Positions 27,482 to 40,764 of a stretch of 64,000 nucleotides of DNA are shown one piece after another. Origin of the DNA: Paraspadella gotoi (lineage: Eukaryota > Animalia > Chaetognatha); assembly GCA_051294375.1 (NCBI GenBank), contig CM119263.1:17442635-17506634 (forward strand). The letters run 5' to 3'. The position numbers were made by a program, and so were the translations under genes. The stretch's first letter is position 1. The number at the start of each line of letters is the position of its first letter. Below the pieces are notes generated by a model that had not been told where the DNA came from, ran no database searches, and was given only the letters and a program-made list of their open reading frames with translations.

Positions 27482-30400
27482 GGCGGCCTGCAAGTCGTTT
27501 CGAAATAGACCATATTATACTATTTATAAATTTGGTATCGTTGGAAAGAGAATTGCGACAATTAGCCCGCAAATCAAAATGTCATGTAAATCGGAACGCG
27601 TTCAAAAAGTAATCCGCCAAAAAAGACCGCGAAAAACCGGTCTCGCGGATCAACTCGCGCCTATTTAAACCGATTCCGTTTTGGTTCTACAAAGAAAGTA
27701 CTACGTAGCTTCAAATCATTAGAACGCGAATTTAGCCTAAGCCTCGCTATGCGCTGTTGATCCGGGCCCTCATAAGAATTAATTTTTAACTAGCGAAGCC
27801 TCTGACGAAGCGTAGTAATAATTCATTTTCTCTTACTGTAAATCTTTACTAATCAAACTAAACAAACTAAACCAAAATTTTTAGTTAATTTTTTTCAGTT
27901 CGACTACATTAAAATTGTATTATCTATGTTTTACTCGGAACAATAAACATCTGCTCTGATCAGATCAAGAATCAGGCGAGCAATTCTATACTCTGAATTA
28001 TTTTAATTTAAAATCTTGAACATTCAGGCTGCATTTACTTATTTATTTCATCAAAATAAAAGGGAGCATAAAGTGCATTTACAAAGTAAAATTTATGTGG
28101 CATTAAAGATCGAATATAAAACACTGATTCGTTACAAAATTAAAAATTTCAACGCCCAAACTTTGAAAATTTAACTTCGCAGATGCAAAGACGGATGCGC
28201 CAGCTTGATGACGTTTCGAGCCTCGGCCTTTCTCTTCGTTTGTAATTCTCGAGTCCACAATTTAATTGGGATTAGCACATTATGTTTCGCCTGATTATTA
28301 CATTCATTGTTTTTATTTTTTTTTATAGTTTAGGTGATGAAGGACGATCATGTCATTAAAACATTATGTAAACTTTTAATAGAATTGTATCGGAATGACC
28401 GACCGCTCGCGATAAATGATTAAAAAAAGTAATCTTCCTTACGCCTAATTCTCACGCTAAACTCGGCACTAAAACTCTCAGCTCCGTAACAATTAGCATC
28501 GAGGTAAAACAAGGCCTCCAGGTGCTGAGGTGACGGTCTGGCAATGACTCAAAGCAGACCTGAGGTCAGACGATAGAGATTTGCCCAGACGACGAGTTCA
28601 CGTGCGAGAGTTACAATGGTTAACAGTTAACATTATTATGAAGTCTGGTTATTAGTCATATTTTTATTTTTTTGCCTATTGTATAAAACTCAGCATTAAA
28701 TAAAGAACTATAAGAAATTACTATTCTCAAGCTCACCTTGTATCTGAAAGCCAGCAAATTAAGTGCTCTATAGTCTAACCCAACAAACCACTAATTCTCA
28801 TCCAAATTATGAAATAACTCATTTCCAAACTACAAAAAAATGTGCATAAAAAGGACTAAAAGTGGAATATAACCATTAGTCACGCTTTTCGAGAATTTAT
28901 TTTTAGGCTTTAATCCTTTAAACATTTAACCCTAAATGGTTATCCTTAACCTTAACTCCTAATCCCTAATTCGTCTACATAAGTAATTGTAAAAATATTT
29001 TTTTCAGTGATTTTTTTTATTAAAAAAATTTGTCTAGATTATATATTTTTTAATATATAATAAATATTTTTCATTAATATTAATTCAATAATCCTTTTAA
29101 ATTAGTTTCTTAAGATACAGCCGACAGTAAGAAAAAAACCGCAGTATTTTTAGCTCTGAATCTGATCATAGTGTTAAGACCATTTATCCAATAACAGAAT
29201 TTGAAATTATTTATTAAACCATCGCTATTGAAAATTTTAGACTTTATACAAAAAAAGTAAAAAGTCAAAAAAAAGTAAATATCACATTTATTTAAGATCA
29301 ATACCTAAAACATGTATAATTGTCAACACTTCTTTTCAAAAATCATCAATCTGTCCTAACTTCGGTCTGTCCCTCAATTCTGATCATTAGTCCTTTCCTC
29401 AACTTTGTGTGCCGGAAACATTTTTGCCCTCTCTCTTTCTTCTTCGTTTGCACATAATTGCCAATATTTTTACAAAAACTGAGATGTGAAGGCTTGAATT
29501 GTAAGGCCGAACATGTCCGTTTTTCGTTTGTAAAAATAAAAAATCATTGTGAAATCAACAATTTTTCAAACTTTTTCTTTAATTTAAATTATCATATACT
29601 GAATTCTAACAACTTACTTCTAGGACCGCCGGTCCGTCCTCTCCTAAAAACGCCCCCGAGAATTATTCGAGGAATATTAAGGAAACTCCTCCACCCCGTA
29701 GGCGTGATGCTTCGGTTGTCCAGAGGTTGCTCTCAAAGACATGATTTGGATGGCTTGACGCAGATCGACGATCAAATAGTCTATTCTCTGAGTTTATGAA
29801 AAGAGTTTAAAAAGGGTACCCTTAATCAAAAATAAAGGATATAGAAATTCAAACAGTAAAATAATGATATTTAATTATCAAATCTTCTTTGAGAGCCATC
29901 GCATTGTTCGCTGCCTAATGAATTAGATTAAAAAATCTGCACATGGAGTACAGGTTACACTCTCTTTCAGGCGTCAAATGAGTAGGTAAAGAAGTCAGAA
30001 CAAAAAAAAAGATCGACAGAAGAAAGACGAGAGTGACCCAAACAGGCGATTAATTCCCTTTTAAAATCATTTTTTAACAACTACAAAATCAGTATAAATT
30101 TATAAACAAATTTAATAAACTAAAAATACTGAATCTCGACAAGGACTGAATAGTTAACGCAACGACGCAAGCACTAAGAAAAAATGATCCAAACGATGAT
30201 CCTTGTTGACGACGTTAGTAAGTATCACATTTGCGGAGTCTTTGGATGTAACATATACCCCTAAACCCTTACCTTTACCTCTAACCCGTAAATAACCCCT
30301 CGACCTAACTTACACTTAGACCACTTATCCTTAACCCTAATTTACCTTATTTCCAACTTATTACTTAATTTTAATTCATATTTTTTTTAACTTTAATTTA

Positions 30401-32427
30401 TTAAATTAATAATATTAACCAAATATTAATATAATAACAATAATAACAATTCTTTGCAAAAAATTAACATATCTGAATTCGTTAATTTTTCTTTTCGAGA
30501 AATTATCCTCTTCCATTCCGTTTTGTTCCTTTCCTCTTACGTTAATCATTAAGAAAACCTTTGCAAAAAAGTCATTAGGCGCGAGCGAGAGCCCGGTCCC
30601 GGTTAATAAGGATGTATTGCGTGTTCCTTCCTGCTTGTAAATAATACTGTGGACTACGGCGAGCTTAAGAGGCACGATCTGATATAGTCCTATCGATGTC
30701 ACGTCGAGTGGATACACCGATAGTGCTATGTAGAAGTAGTTTCTTCCGACATCATATCTGAGTGTGTCCAGAACTGGAATGCATGAGGCTTCGAAAAAAT
30801 GTAGAAAATCTAACTGTCATTGATTCTTGGGTGAGGCAGGCGCCATGTCATTAATAAAATGAGTCATTGATACCGCACGAGGGTCGTGTTCTCCAGTCTC
30901 TTTCTTTGACAACAATATGAAACATGCTCCGCCGATGCAGCTCGAGTCAAGCGCTCAAAACAAAGGAAGAACCAGCTTCATTTTTTATGAAATACTTATT
31001 AAATACTTATTCTAAACTTGATAAATGACACAAACTTTACGTAAATTAATTTAAGATAGTCTATTAAAAAAGTTTCAGCGGGAAAGATGCTTTCATAACG
31101 AACAGTCACAAAAATCCTCTTCCTGAATTTGAAAGGCCGCGGTTGCTCGTCGCAAGGGTCATGGCTTTCGGATTAGGATTTCACTGTGTAGAGTTCAATT
31201 ATGCTCGTTCGGGCTCCAATATAAAATGTTAATCGAAACAAAAGCCCTTTGCTAGAGCCAAACTTCGTCAAGGTGGCGGTCAGAAGTCTTGATTTGGGAA
31301 CTTTCCAAATGAACTTCAGTTACATTCTGAGAAAACTTTCAATTGGAGCAAAATTTTCTAAATTGGCTAGACAGCATTAGTAATTAATTTTTTAATATTA
31401 TTTATAGATAATAAAATGTCAAAAAAAACATTTTTTTGAATTTTTATTTTAAAAGCGGATCAAATAGCTTATGAAAATTATCTACACAAAGTATAAATTT
31501 CTTTTTTCAATATTTGATTGATAAGTGGGTTAAAATTAAGAAAACCTTAAAAAATCTATCATCATCATCATCATCATCGATATTTTAGCAGTTTTTACTA
31601 ATTTTTAGTATTAAAACATCAAAATTTTTAAAAGTTGTAATTTATATTTTTTGCTTAACTTTTTAAGCTCTTATCAGAACTCAATCTAAAAAAATTAAAT
31701 ATCAAAAAAAAATTTTTAACATTATATAGCAATATCAATTAATATTAATTTAGGTATTTACTCATGGCTTCGGAACATTTTGCAAAAAAATATTTTTAAC
31801 ACAATAATTAATACCAATAATGGAATTAGTTTAATGCTTGTTCCCCATTATTAATTGAATTTGGTCGGCTACCGCCGCTACCTTTGCTTTCTTCGGATTT
31901 ATTTTAACGGTTTAGAATATTAGCCTCGCGCTCCACCTAAAACATGAGAGTCAGAGACACTGCTACTTCTAACCATGTTATTCAAAATAAGACATTGTTC
32001 GTAGAGCATGACGTTGGGAAATTGAGCTAAAAAAGTAGTTCATTTATTACCAAAACAAAGCAATCAAAGCTGTGGAAATTTGTTACCTTTTTTTTAGGCT
32101 CAATGGATAGAGAAAAAACCATGGGCTTTTCATATATAAAGTCAGAATGGATTTTGGTCTTTCTTTATTGAGAACGAGCTGGCTTTACGTTTACGTAAGT
32201 TACGAAGGGGTCAAACCAGGTCAACTTCAAATGCATTTTAATACATTGAAAAAATTGAAAATTCCGCTCGCGCCTCCACCTGATGCCCTGCCCCAAGACC
32301 TACACTTTCGAATCTTACCCATATTATTTACTATTTTATAAAGGCCTTGAATGGGATTTTATATAGAATCGAATTTCAAGCGGAAAACTTTGATCCAAAC
32401 CCGTCGACCGAAACGACTGACATCCCC
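27482..32427. mobile_element. ~4.95-kb TIR DNA-transposon-like insertion (Mutator/MuDR-like termini and TSD)
   Basis: Absent from the homologous sites at 12284-12291 and 21757-21764; flanked by ATTATGTT at 27474-81 and 32429-36 (9 bp with one mismatch); imperfect terminal inverted repeats starting GG with an exact core AGTCGTTTCG (27493-502) / CGAAACGACT (32409-18). No intact transposase ORF visible. Confidence 0.8.
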
Positions 32428-33459
32428 AATTATGTTTCCGTTTTACGTTTCGCTCAACTGTCGTCAGGCGAACGGAGATTTCGAATGAGAATTTATTAAA
32501 CTCGGGCCCCCTAAATCGGATGCCCCTCGAACACGGACGATAGAACGGCCCTCGTTTTAACGGTGAGTTTCAGACGGTCAGCTTCCGATCCCGCAAATTG
32601 ACTGTCATTTCCGAGCGACCGTTCATTATTTTAGGGCAGTAATTTTGAAGCGAAGCGTCATTTATGAGGGTGTATGCGGACGGCGGAGGCGGCGGAGCGG
32701 CAGGGCATCGGCTTCAGCGAGCTGCGTCTTCTCGACATAGAAACATCAATTTCCGCCAACAAAAAAAAGGAGCGAGAACTGAGAAGTGTTTTACATATTC
32801 TTGTTTTCAGTCGGATCTGCTTATCAGGCAGATTGCGACTCTGATAATTCACTTTAGTCGTCGCGTCGATCCCATCTCAAAAATCTTGTCGAGTAAATAT
32901 TTTATCATATGCAGACAGTCGGAGTTATGATAAGTTATGCAAAAAGATGGATGCTCGTCTAGTCTGATCGTTTACGTGGTGTCCTCTATTAGCGATCACA
33001 ACTCCAATAACTCCGTGATTGATGGATGGATTCGAAATGAAAAGTTTTTTATGATGCGGTAGAAAAGCTGTATGTGATTGACACTGGATATAACAGTTTC
33101 GATGGAATCGTGACGAGTGGAGGAATAGTTTAAAATGAAAAAAAAAAAAGTCTTATTTATTTAAAACGTATTTTACTAATAATTATTCTCATTTATTTAA
33201 AAAATTGGAGTAGATAAAATGAAATTTTGTATGATGGTAGGAAAAGTATGTGGATATTGAGCGCTGGATATTAATTGTTTGATGGAATCCGTAGGAGTGA
33301 AAAGGAGTTTCAATAGTAAAACAAAAGACCCACATTTTAATTTTTCTGAAATTTCTCTCTGATATCAACTATCTGATTGATTATTGATGGACTTTGCATT
33401 AATTTATTTGATCGATTAATTGACTATGATTGATTGATATTGAATTGATGATTGAGATA

Positions 33460-34184
33460 CAGAGAATTCTATTGCAAGTTGACAAAAGATTATCGCAGGT
33501 TGAACCAAATTTATTTAAGTGACCAAGATTCTGCTCAAGACTTGACCAATTTTGGCCAGTGTGTTTAAAATTATTGCTTCCAGTTTGACCAAAAATTATC
33601 GCCTGTTGTCAAACCATTCTATTGCCCAGACTCGACGCAAATTATTCTAGTCTGAGACAAATTATGTCAGTTGACCAATATTTATGCCCCAGTTTGACAA
33701 ATTAAATGCAAGTTGTAACTTAAAATATATGAAAGTTATAATTTAATCAACAATACGCAAATTATGCAAGTTGACCAAATAATCGCTAAGTTGAACAATA
33801 TTATGCCAGTTGAACCCGAAGATAATCAAGTTGATTGAAATTATTACAAATGATCAAATTATACAAAATTGCCAAAATATACAAGTTGACTAAAAAGAAG
33901 CGACCCAAATTTGTATTCTGACAGAGTCGATTATGCAGTTGGACCAAAATGTATGCAAGTATATTCAAATTATGTCAAGTTGATCGATTATACAACAGAT
34001 TTCAAAAACAAGTCATGACAGATCATATATGTCCAGCTCGTACTCATAATTTATGTCATGTCTGACACAAAAATTATGCAAGTTGATTAAATTTATGCAA
34101 GTTGATCGAATTATGCAAAATTACCAAAATAGACCAAATTATGCCACTGACCAAATTATGTCAGTTGACCAAATTATACCAGTT
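33460..34184 (+). repeat. Noisy copy of the 18-bp minisatellite
   Basis: gttgaccaaattatg units followed by the same ggtagtggcgcagctactgg flank as at 13765. Confidence 0.85.
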
Positions 34185-35416
34185 GGTAGTGGCGCAGCTA
34201 CTGGTTACGATTGATAGATGATTTGATATATACATTTTTTTTCATAGATTTATTAAGAAGTCTGTTATGAATTGTTAGTTATGATTTGTTATGGATCTGT
34301 GGATTCAAAAATTGAAAATCAATTTTGTTTCATATTTTGTTTTGGTTTCTGTTCTTCTCATTATTTTCTTGTTTCTTTTCCCTTAGAAGAATATGACTCT
34401 CGCTTCCGCGAATGTTTTCCTTTCCTTCTCTTAGACTTAGTTCCCCTTTTAAATTTAATTTTCGGTTTTTTCTTTTTGTCTAAAGTTCTCCTTTCCTTTT
34501 TACTTCGCATCCTTCCTTTTTTTCCCTTTTTTCTTGTTTTTCACTTATCTTGCATCTTTCCATTTTTTATTTTCCTATTTTTTTTGAAGTTTTTTCTTTC
34601 CTCTTTCTTATCCCTTTCTTCTTTTCGGTCTCTTACGAAAAAATTGATAAATTCATCAAAGAAAGAAGCTTATCTTCTTTCAATAGGATATTCATCTTTT
34701 CAAGGATTTTTTGCGCCTAAAAAATGGCGCGCGCCATGTTTTCGCGTGTTATGGAGCATTGTGAAACAGTTTATAACTTTGTGGCAGAGAAAAACTTTAA
34801 AAAAAAAATAAGGAAAAGAGACAAAAATGCGAAAATAAAAACGGAATTCTTGAAAAAGAAAACTTGAAAAGATTAGAAAGAAAAAGTTTTTCTTAGAAAG
34901 TAAAGCCACCTCGAATACGTAATAAGAAGAGAAAAATATAAGTTACATGAGAATCGCAGAAAATATAAAAAAAGGAGCCGGAAGCATTAAGTTATATTTA
35001 AGAAAACGATGGTTTCACAATGATATTAGAAATCTATAAGATTTTTCACTTTTCGATCAGTTTTTGATAACCTAAAATATTAAATTATTTCAGCAAAGGA
35101 GAAATATTTTTTTGAAATTATTAGCGCCAACTAACGTCACGCCCCCGGTTTTAGTTTCTCCCCAAATTTTTTTTGTCCCTAAAAATGCGTAAACTCGCGT
35201 CACAAGGCAGTCGGCAAAAGCCTCCTAGCGATGAATAAAAACTTCCCATCTGCAAGACTCATACGAGAAAACCTTCAACCAGATGGGTTGCTAATTTTTT
35301 GTTCTAACGACAAGCGTAAAAGTTTCGTCCGATTTTTCGATTTCGAATTTCAACTTTGCGTCGTTTGCCGACGTCTTCACGCCTTGTTTAATGCTCAATG
35401 TTTTTTCTTTTTTTGG

Positions 35417-35448
<32 letters not shown>

Positions 35449-35453
35449 TTTTT

Positions 35454-35549
<96 letters not shown>

Positions 35550-37455
35550 TTCCCAGGTCCCATTTATTTTTACGGAGGCAACCCTACAAAAACCTTCTTC
35601 TGTTTGTCTGTCTGTCTGTCTGTCTCGCTGTTCACTTTCACAATTTGTCTCCCTTTCTTTGTGTCGAAACCAAAACTCGTGTTTCTTCGGCGGGTTTAGG
35701 TAGCGCCGATTTAAAAAGGGAAAGAGGAGGGTGGAGCGGTGGAGCGGCGGCAGCGGCGGCGAGCGGCGGAGCGGCGGAGCGGCCGGAGCGGCGGAGCGGC
35801 GGTACAAGTGAGAAGGGGTGGGCGATGTGAGAACATGAGAACAACAAAATAGGAACAAGGGAGCAGAGGATGGTGGAGATCAGGGCTGGGGGATGTAGGA
35901 ACAACAAGATAGAACACGGGAGGAGAAGAGGGATGAAGAAGGATGCGCAGAAGGGGGAAGATCAAGGAAAGAGTGGAAGGAGGAGAAACGAGGGAGGAAA
36001 GGCTGGAAAAAGGAGACGTGATGGAATAATGTAAATAGTAAATGGAGGGATGGGGGAAACAGAGAGAGACATCAGCTGGCAAGAAAATGCGGGGAGGGNN
36101 NNNNNNNNAGGAGAAAATGTAGAAAAGTGGGAAGTTTGACTTAAATATGAGTATATTGGGTAAAATACGGAATCCCTGGTGGTAGAAACCGTAATCTATT
36201 CTTGAAGGGGCGACAAGGAATCAAGAACTAGTTTCGCCACGTTTTAGATGTACCAAGTTCTTAAACTTAAACCGAACGGGTGATGGAAAGATAGATTTGA
36301 AAGTTTAGAAAATATTAAGTTTTTGGTGCAGATGCACCGAGCGGTCCGAGCCCGGAGGTGCAAGAAGAACGACCGTGAGGAAAGAGGCGTCCAAACGGAA
36401 GAAGGGAAAGGAGAGGCAATGAGGCTTTTCAGGTTCCAAGGCTGCCAAGCGAACTTACCTCGTCCGGGCGAAAGCGATTGGTCGCAAAGACAAACGAATG
36501 GCTATCAAGCTTTTTGGAGTTGTCACAATCGAAGACGAAGCTTGTAAGCAAAGAGAGAGAAAGAGAAATCGTGGTCACCCGATCGTCGCTTAATCGCACT
36601 TTGTCTTTTGTTTTCTGGATTTTTTTTTCCATCAGGAAGCGAGAACCGGTGGAGAGAGTGTTGAGTGATTCGTGCAAACTTGTGGTGGAAGAAAGATAAA
36701 CTGGGGTCGAAATGAATAAAAAAAGGCAAAGAAGTTAAGCGATATTGCGATTGCTGAAAGGAAGAATGGAGCAAAAAGGGTTGACTTTCTGACTTTTGAA
36801 TTCGCCTATTGAACGTGGCCCGCAAAATAAATGAAATGAAAAAGTTTTTTTTTCTCTGCTCGACCATAAAGATTAAAGAAGATTAGGAATTTAACGTTTA
36901 TCAATTTCTTAAAATTTATTCAATAAAATACCTTAGGTAGAATAATCCCCCCCCCTCCCGAGGATGACGGCGCCACAGTTATTTTCCATTCCTTTCATTC
37001 GAGGATTTTCTTTTTTTCTTTTTTTATCATGCGAAATTGATATCGTATGTAGAAGAGAAACATGACCGTTTCCGTTCGCATTCATGTCGTAACATGAGAG
37101 AATAAACCTGAAATTATGTTTTTTTTGCCCACTGAGCATTGGGCTGCATCGCTTCATCAAAAATGTGACCGGCCAGAAACACCGAAGGAGGCCAAAGCTG
37201 AAATTGTCCAACGGTCACATTGGCCTCCATTCTCGAATTGACCGCCGACGTCGTTGCCATGATGGAATTGGCTTCTGTGGGATTTGCGTTGGCCAGTATC
37301 CTTTTACAAGCGATCGAATGCAGCCGGATTTCTCAACCGGAAACTTTCCAGTTTTTTTCATCTTTTTCTCAATATCCTTTTTTTTTCCTTTTCCCAACCT
37401 GATTCGTAGCTTTTTAGCTTTTCTTTCCTTTCTTTTCTTTTCTTTTCTTTTCTTT

Positions 37456-37575
<120 letters not shown>

Positions 37576-39029
37576 ATCATCATCGTTCAGTGTTCACCTC
37601 TCTCCAATTTCGGCCATCGCTTCCATCGATTTCTTGGTCGGCCCGATCTCCACTTTGCCCCACCCATCGCCCTCTTCTCTCCCCTCCCCACACCCCCCCT
37701 CACAAGATCCCTGTATTCGCTTTCCCAGTTCCCGGAATCCACAACCGGAACTTCTTTATGCGCGAATGGAACTTAATGCAATGGATTATGCCATGGATTT
37801 TATCGGGTCGGGCGTTGGAAGGAAGGAAAGTGGGAGGAAGTAATGAGAAAAGGAGAGAGAAAAATTGGGGACTTTTTTTTTTTTTTTCTCTAGGGGGCGA
37901 GGAGGGGAGGAAGAGGAGAGGAGAAAATAGAGAATAGCGCGAATAAAAAAAAGATATAAGGGAAGAGAGCGCGAGATTATGACTCGGGGGAAAAAAAAAA
38001 AGTGGAAATAAAAACCTTTTGATTAAAAACGATAATATAATGATAACGGCAGGAGGCGAGGGGGGAAAGCATAAAAACCCGTAAAGCGTTCCGTTATTAC
38101 GTTTGGCGGCTTAGGGCGCGAGGGGAAGGAATTTACGGAACGTCTCGATATCACGGAGTCTTGGGTGGCCGGTGGGGGCGAGAGGGGGCTGGAAAGAGAA
38201 TATTGACGTCCCGCGAAGGATCGAGCGGAGGGTCGTCGTGGTTCAGGTGACGGTTGGACAAGAAGAGGGAAGCGGCGAAGGGAGGAAACAAAAAGAGACG
38301 GAGAATGCAAGTCCCGAGGGACGGCGCGCCAACAGCGCCAACAACGCCAAAAAGCGCCACCGCTCAACCGCGCCACGCCGCCATCGCCTTCCGCTTTCTT
38401 CCGCGTTTTTATATCGATTTGCCGATATTCCTTTGAAAAAAAAAAGTTTCTTCTTCACCCTCTCGTTTTCTTCCTTTCTTTTCTTCTTACTTTCACTTAA
38501 CCCTCCGGGTTGTTGCCCGCTCCTCGCCCGCTCCTTGCCCGCTCCCCTGAACTTCTCGCCAGAGGAGATAAGAGAGAAGCTTGCGGCTTCGGTCAATTTT
38601 TACGCGTTCTTCCTCGTAAAAATATAAAATAATCGACGGAAGGGCGACAGAACGAGGCGCCTCTATGGACGTTTAAAGGACAGGGAAATCGTTTTAGGGA
38701 GGCGAGCAAGGAGAAACTTTGAATTTAGAAGTATGTTTCATTATGTATATTTAGTAAAGGTAAAATACTTGATAATGACGTCATGAATACGGGAAGCACG
38801 GGATCGTTCTGACAATTTAGCGCCAATAGAAAAAGCGGGCAGCTGTTGCTTTGAGACAAACTAAACAAAAGAAATAGTGAAAAAAGTAAATAAACGGGGC
38901 AGAAAAAATTCAGATCTTATTTCCTTGATATATCAATGTCAACTAATTTTAATATCATTACAATTTAATTATGGATTGTTCGGCTCTCACGTAGAATCAA
39001 ACTTATCATGTCCCGATGTTTCTCCTCAG

Positions 39030-39754
39030 GCCCGACGGACTTCCCCTATTCGCAACACGAAAAACCCTCGCTGGACCCTGGCGGCGGCGGGGGCGGCGGC
39101 GGTAGCGGCGGAGGCATGACCCCTTCTCTTCACTCGCGCAGCGGCGGTGGAGGTGGCGGCGGTGGCGGCGGAGGTCGGAGCAGCGTCGGCAGCTCCGTCG
39201 GCGGCGGCGTCGGCGGCGTCCTGAACGACGGTTATCCGCCGGGGACGCCGACGCTCGGCGGTCGCCACACCCCCGGCGGCGGGAGCGGCGTCGGAAAAGA
39301 CGCCTCTTCTTCCCGATCTCCCCACCACCACCACCACCAACAGCAGCAGCAGCAGCAGCAACAATCCTATCACCAGCAACAGTCGGACTACCACCACCAC
39401 CACCACCCCGAATCCCCATATCCGTCGAGACACTCCTCTTCAAAGGGTGGCGGCGGCGGCGGCAGNNNNNNNNNNNNNNNNNNNNNNNNNNNNNNNNNNN
39501 NNNNNNNNNNNNNNNNNNNNNNNNNNNNNNNNNNNNNNNNNNNNNNNNNNNNNNNNNNNNNNNNNNNNNNNNNNNNNNNNNNNNNNNNNNNNNNNNNNNN
39601 NNNNNNNNNNNNNNNNNNNNNNNNNNNNNNNNNNNNNNNNNNNNNNNNNNNNNNNNNNNNNNNNNNNNNNNNNNNNNNNNNNNAGCGGAACCGACTCTGA
39701 ACCCATGTTCTATAACAGCCGACCTTCCAGTGGATACGATAGATATTACGATGG
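39030..39754 (+). CDS. Large Gly/His/Gln-rich exon interrupted by an N gap (GPTDFPYSQHEKPSLDP...HHHHHQQQQ...GGGG-[gap]-SGTDSEPMFYNSRPSSGYDRYYDG)
   Basis: tttctcctcAG acceptor at 39028-29, phase 1 (G|GC = Gly, fits exon 10553-10685); strong GGC/CAC/CAG codon pattern; after gap 39466-39683 an open frame ends at a consensus donor GG|GTAAGT (39754/39755). Could be two exons if the gap hides an intron. Confidence 0.8.
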
Positions 39755-40676
39755 GTAAGTGAGAGAGAGAGAGAGAGAGNNNNNNNNNNNNNNNNNNNNN
39801 NNNNNNNNNNNNNNNNNNNNNNNNNNNNNNNNNNNNNNNNNNNNNNNNNNNNNNNNNNNNNNNNNNNNNNNNNNNNNNNNNNNNNNNNNNNNNNNNNNNN
39901 NNNNNNNNNNNNNNNNNNNNNNNNNNNNNNNNNNNNNNNNNNNNNNNNNNNNNNNNNNNNNNNNNNNNNNNNNNNNNNNNNNNNNNNNNTGTACAACCAG
40001 GAGTATCGACATCATAAATGTAACCAAAAACTTCATTATTAACATGGACATTGAAATACATATATGCAGTATCCTTAGTTAACTTAGTAATTTTTTATAA
40101 TTGATTATTTTCTGGGCAGCTTTCTGTTCCAGGAATGACGTTGATTTAGTGACACAATCTTTCGGTTTCGAGTTCTTGACCTGCCTTNNNNNNNNNNNNN
40201 NNNNNNNNNNNNNNNNNNNNNNNNNNNNNNNNNNNNNNNNNNNNNNNNNNNNNNNNNNNNNNNNNNNNNNNNNNNNNNNNNNNNNNNNNNNNNNNNNNNN
40301 NNNNNNNNNNNNNNNNNNNNNNNNNNTCTCTCTCTCTCTCTCTTTCTCCTCCTCCCTCCGTTTCTCCCCCCCGTCTCTCTCTCTATCTTCACAAAGGTTA
40401 ATAGGCGGACGAAGTGACCTTTACAGAGAGAGAGAGACTCGGAATTTCGTCTTGAACGGAAGTGAGATTCTCACTTAGAACCCGCGATTGCGATTGGACC
40501 CCAATTTGGGGTTTTTTTGAAGACCGTAATCTGAGACTTGGGACAACAAATCTTTTTTTTTTTATTCTCTTTTCTTCCATTTACTATTCTCTTTTTCACG
40601 TCTTCTCCAACATTTTTTTTTCATTTTCTTTATTTTTCTTTTTTATCTTTTCTATTTTCGTCTCTTTTCGTCTCTT

Positions 40677-40764
40677 CTCTACTCTACTCTACTCTACTCT
40701 ACTCTACTCTACTCTACTCTACTCTACTCTACTCTACTCTACTCTACTCTACTCTACTCTACTC
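40677..40764 (+). repeat. (CTACT)n microsatellite
   Basis: Direct reading; source of the STLLY pseudo-ORFs. Confidence 0.95.

Noticed and set aside
28915-30345. CCCTAA-like tracts (~28915-28970, ~30257-30345) as interstitial telomere
   Set aside because: Short, highly degenerate and internal to the TIR element.
37259-37345. MMELASVGFALASILLQAIECS signal-peptide-like ORF
   Set aside because: No donor site; the frame runs into T-rich microsatellite; codon style differs from the supported exons.
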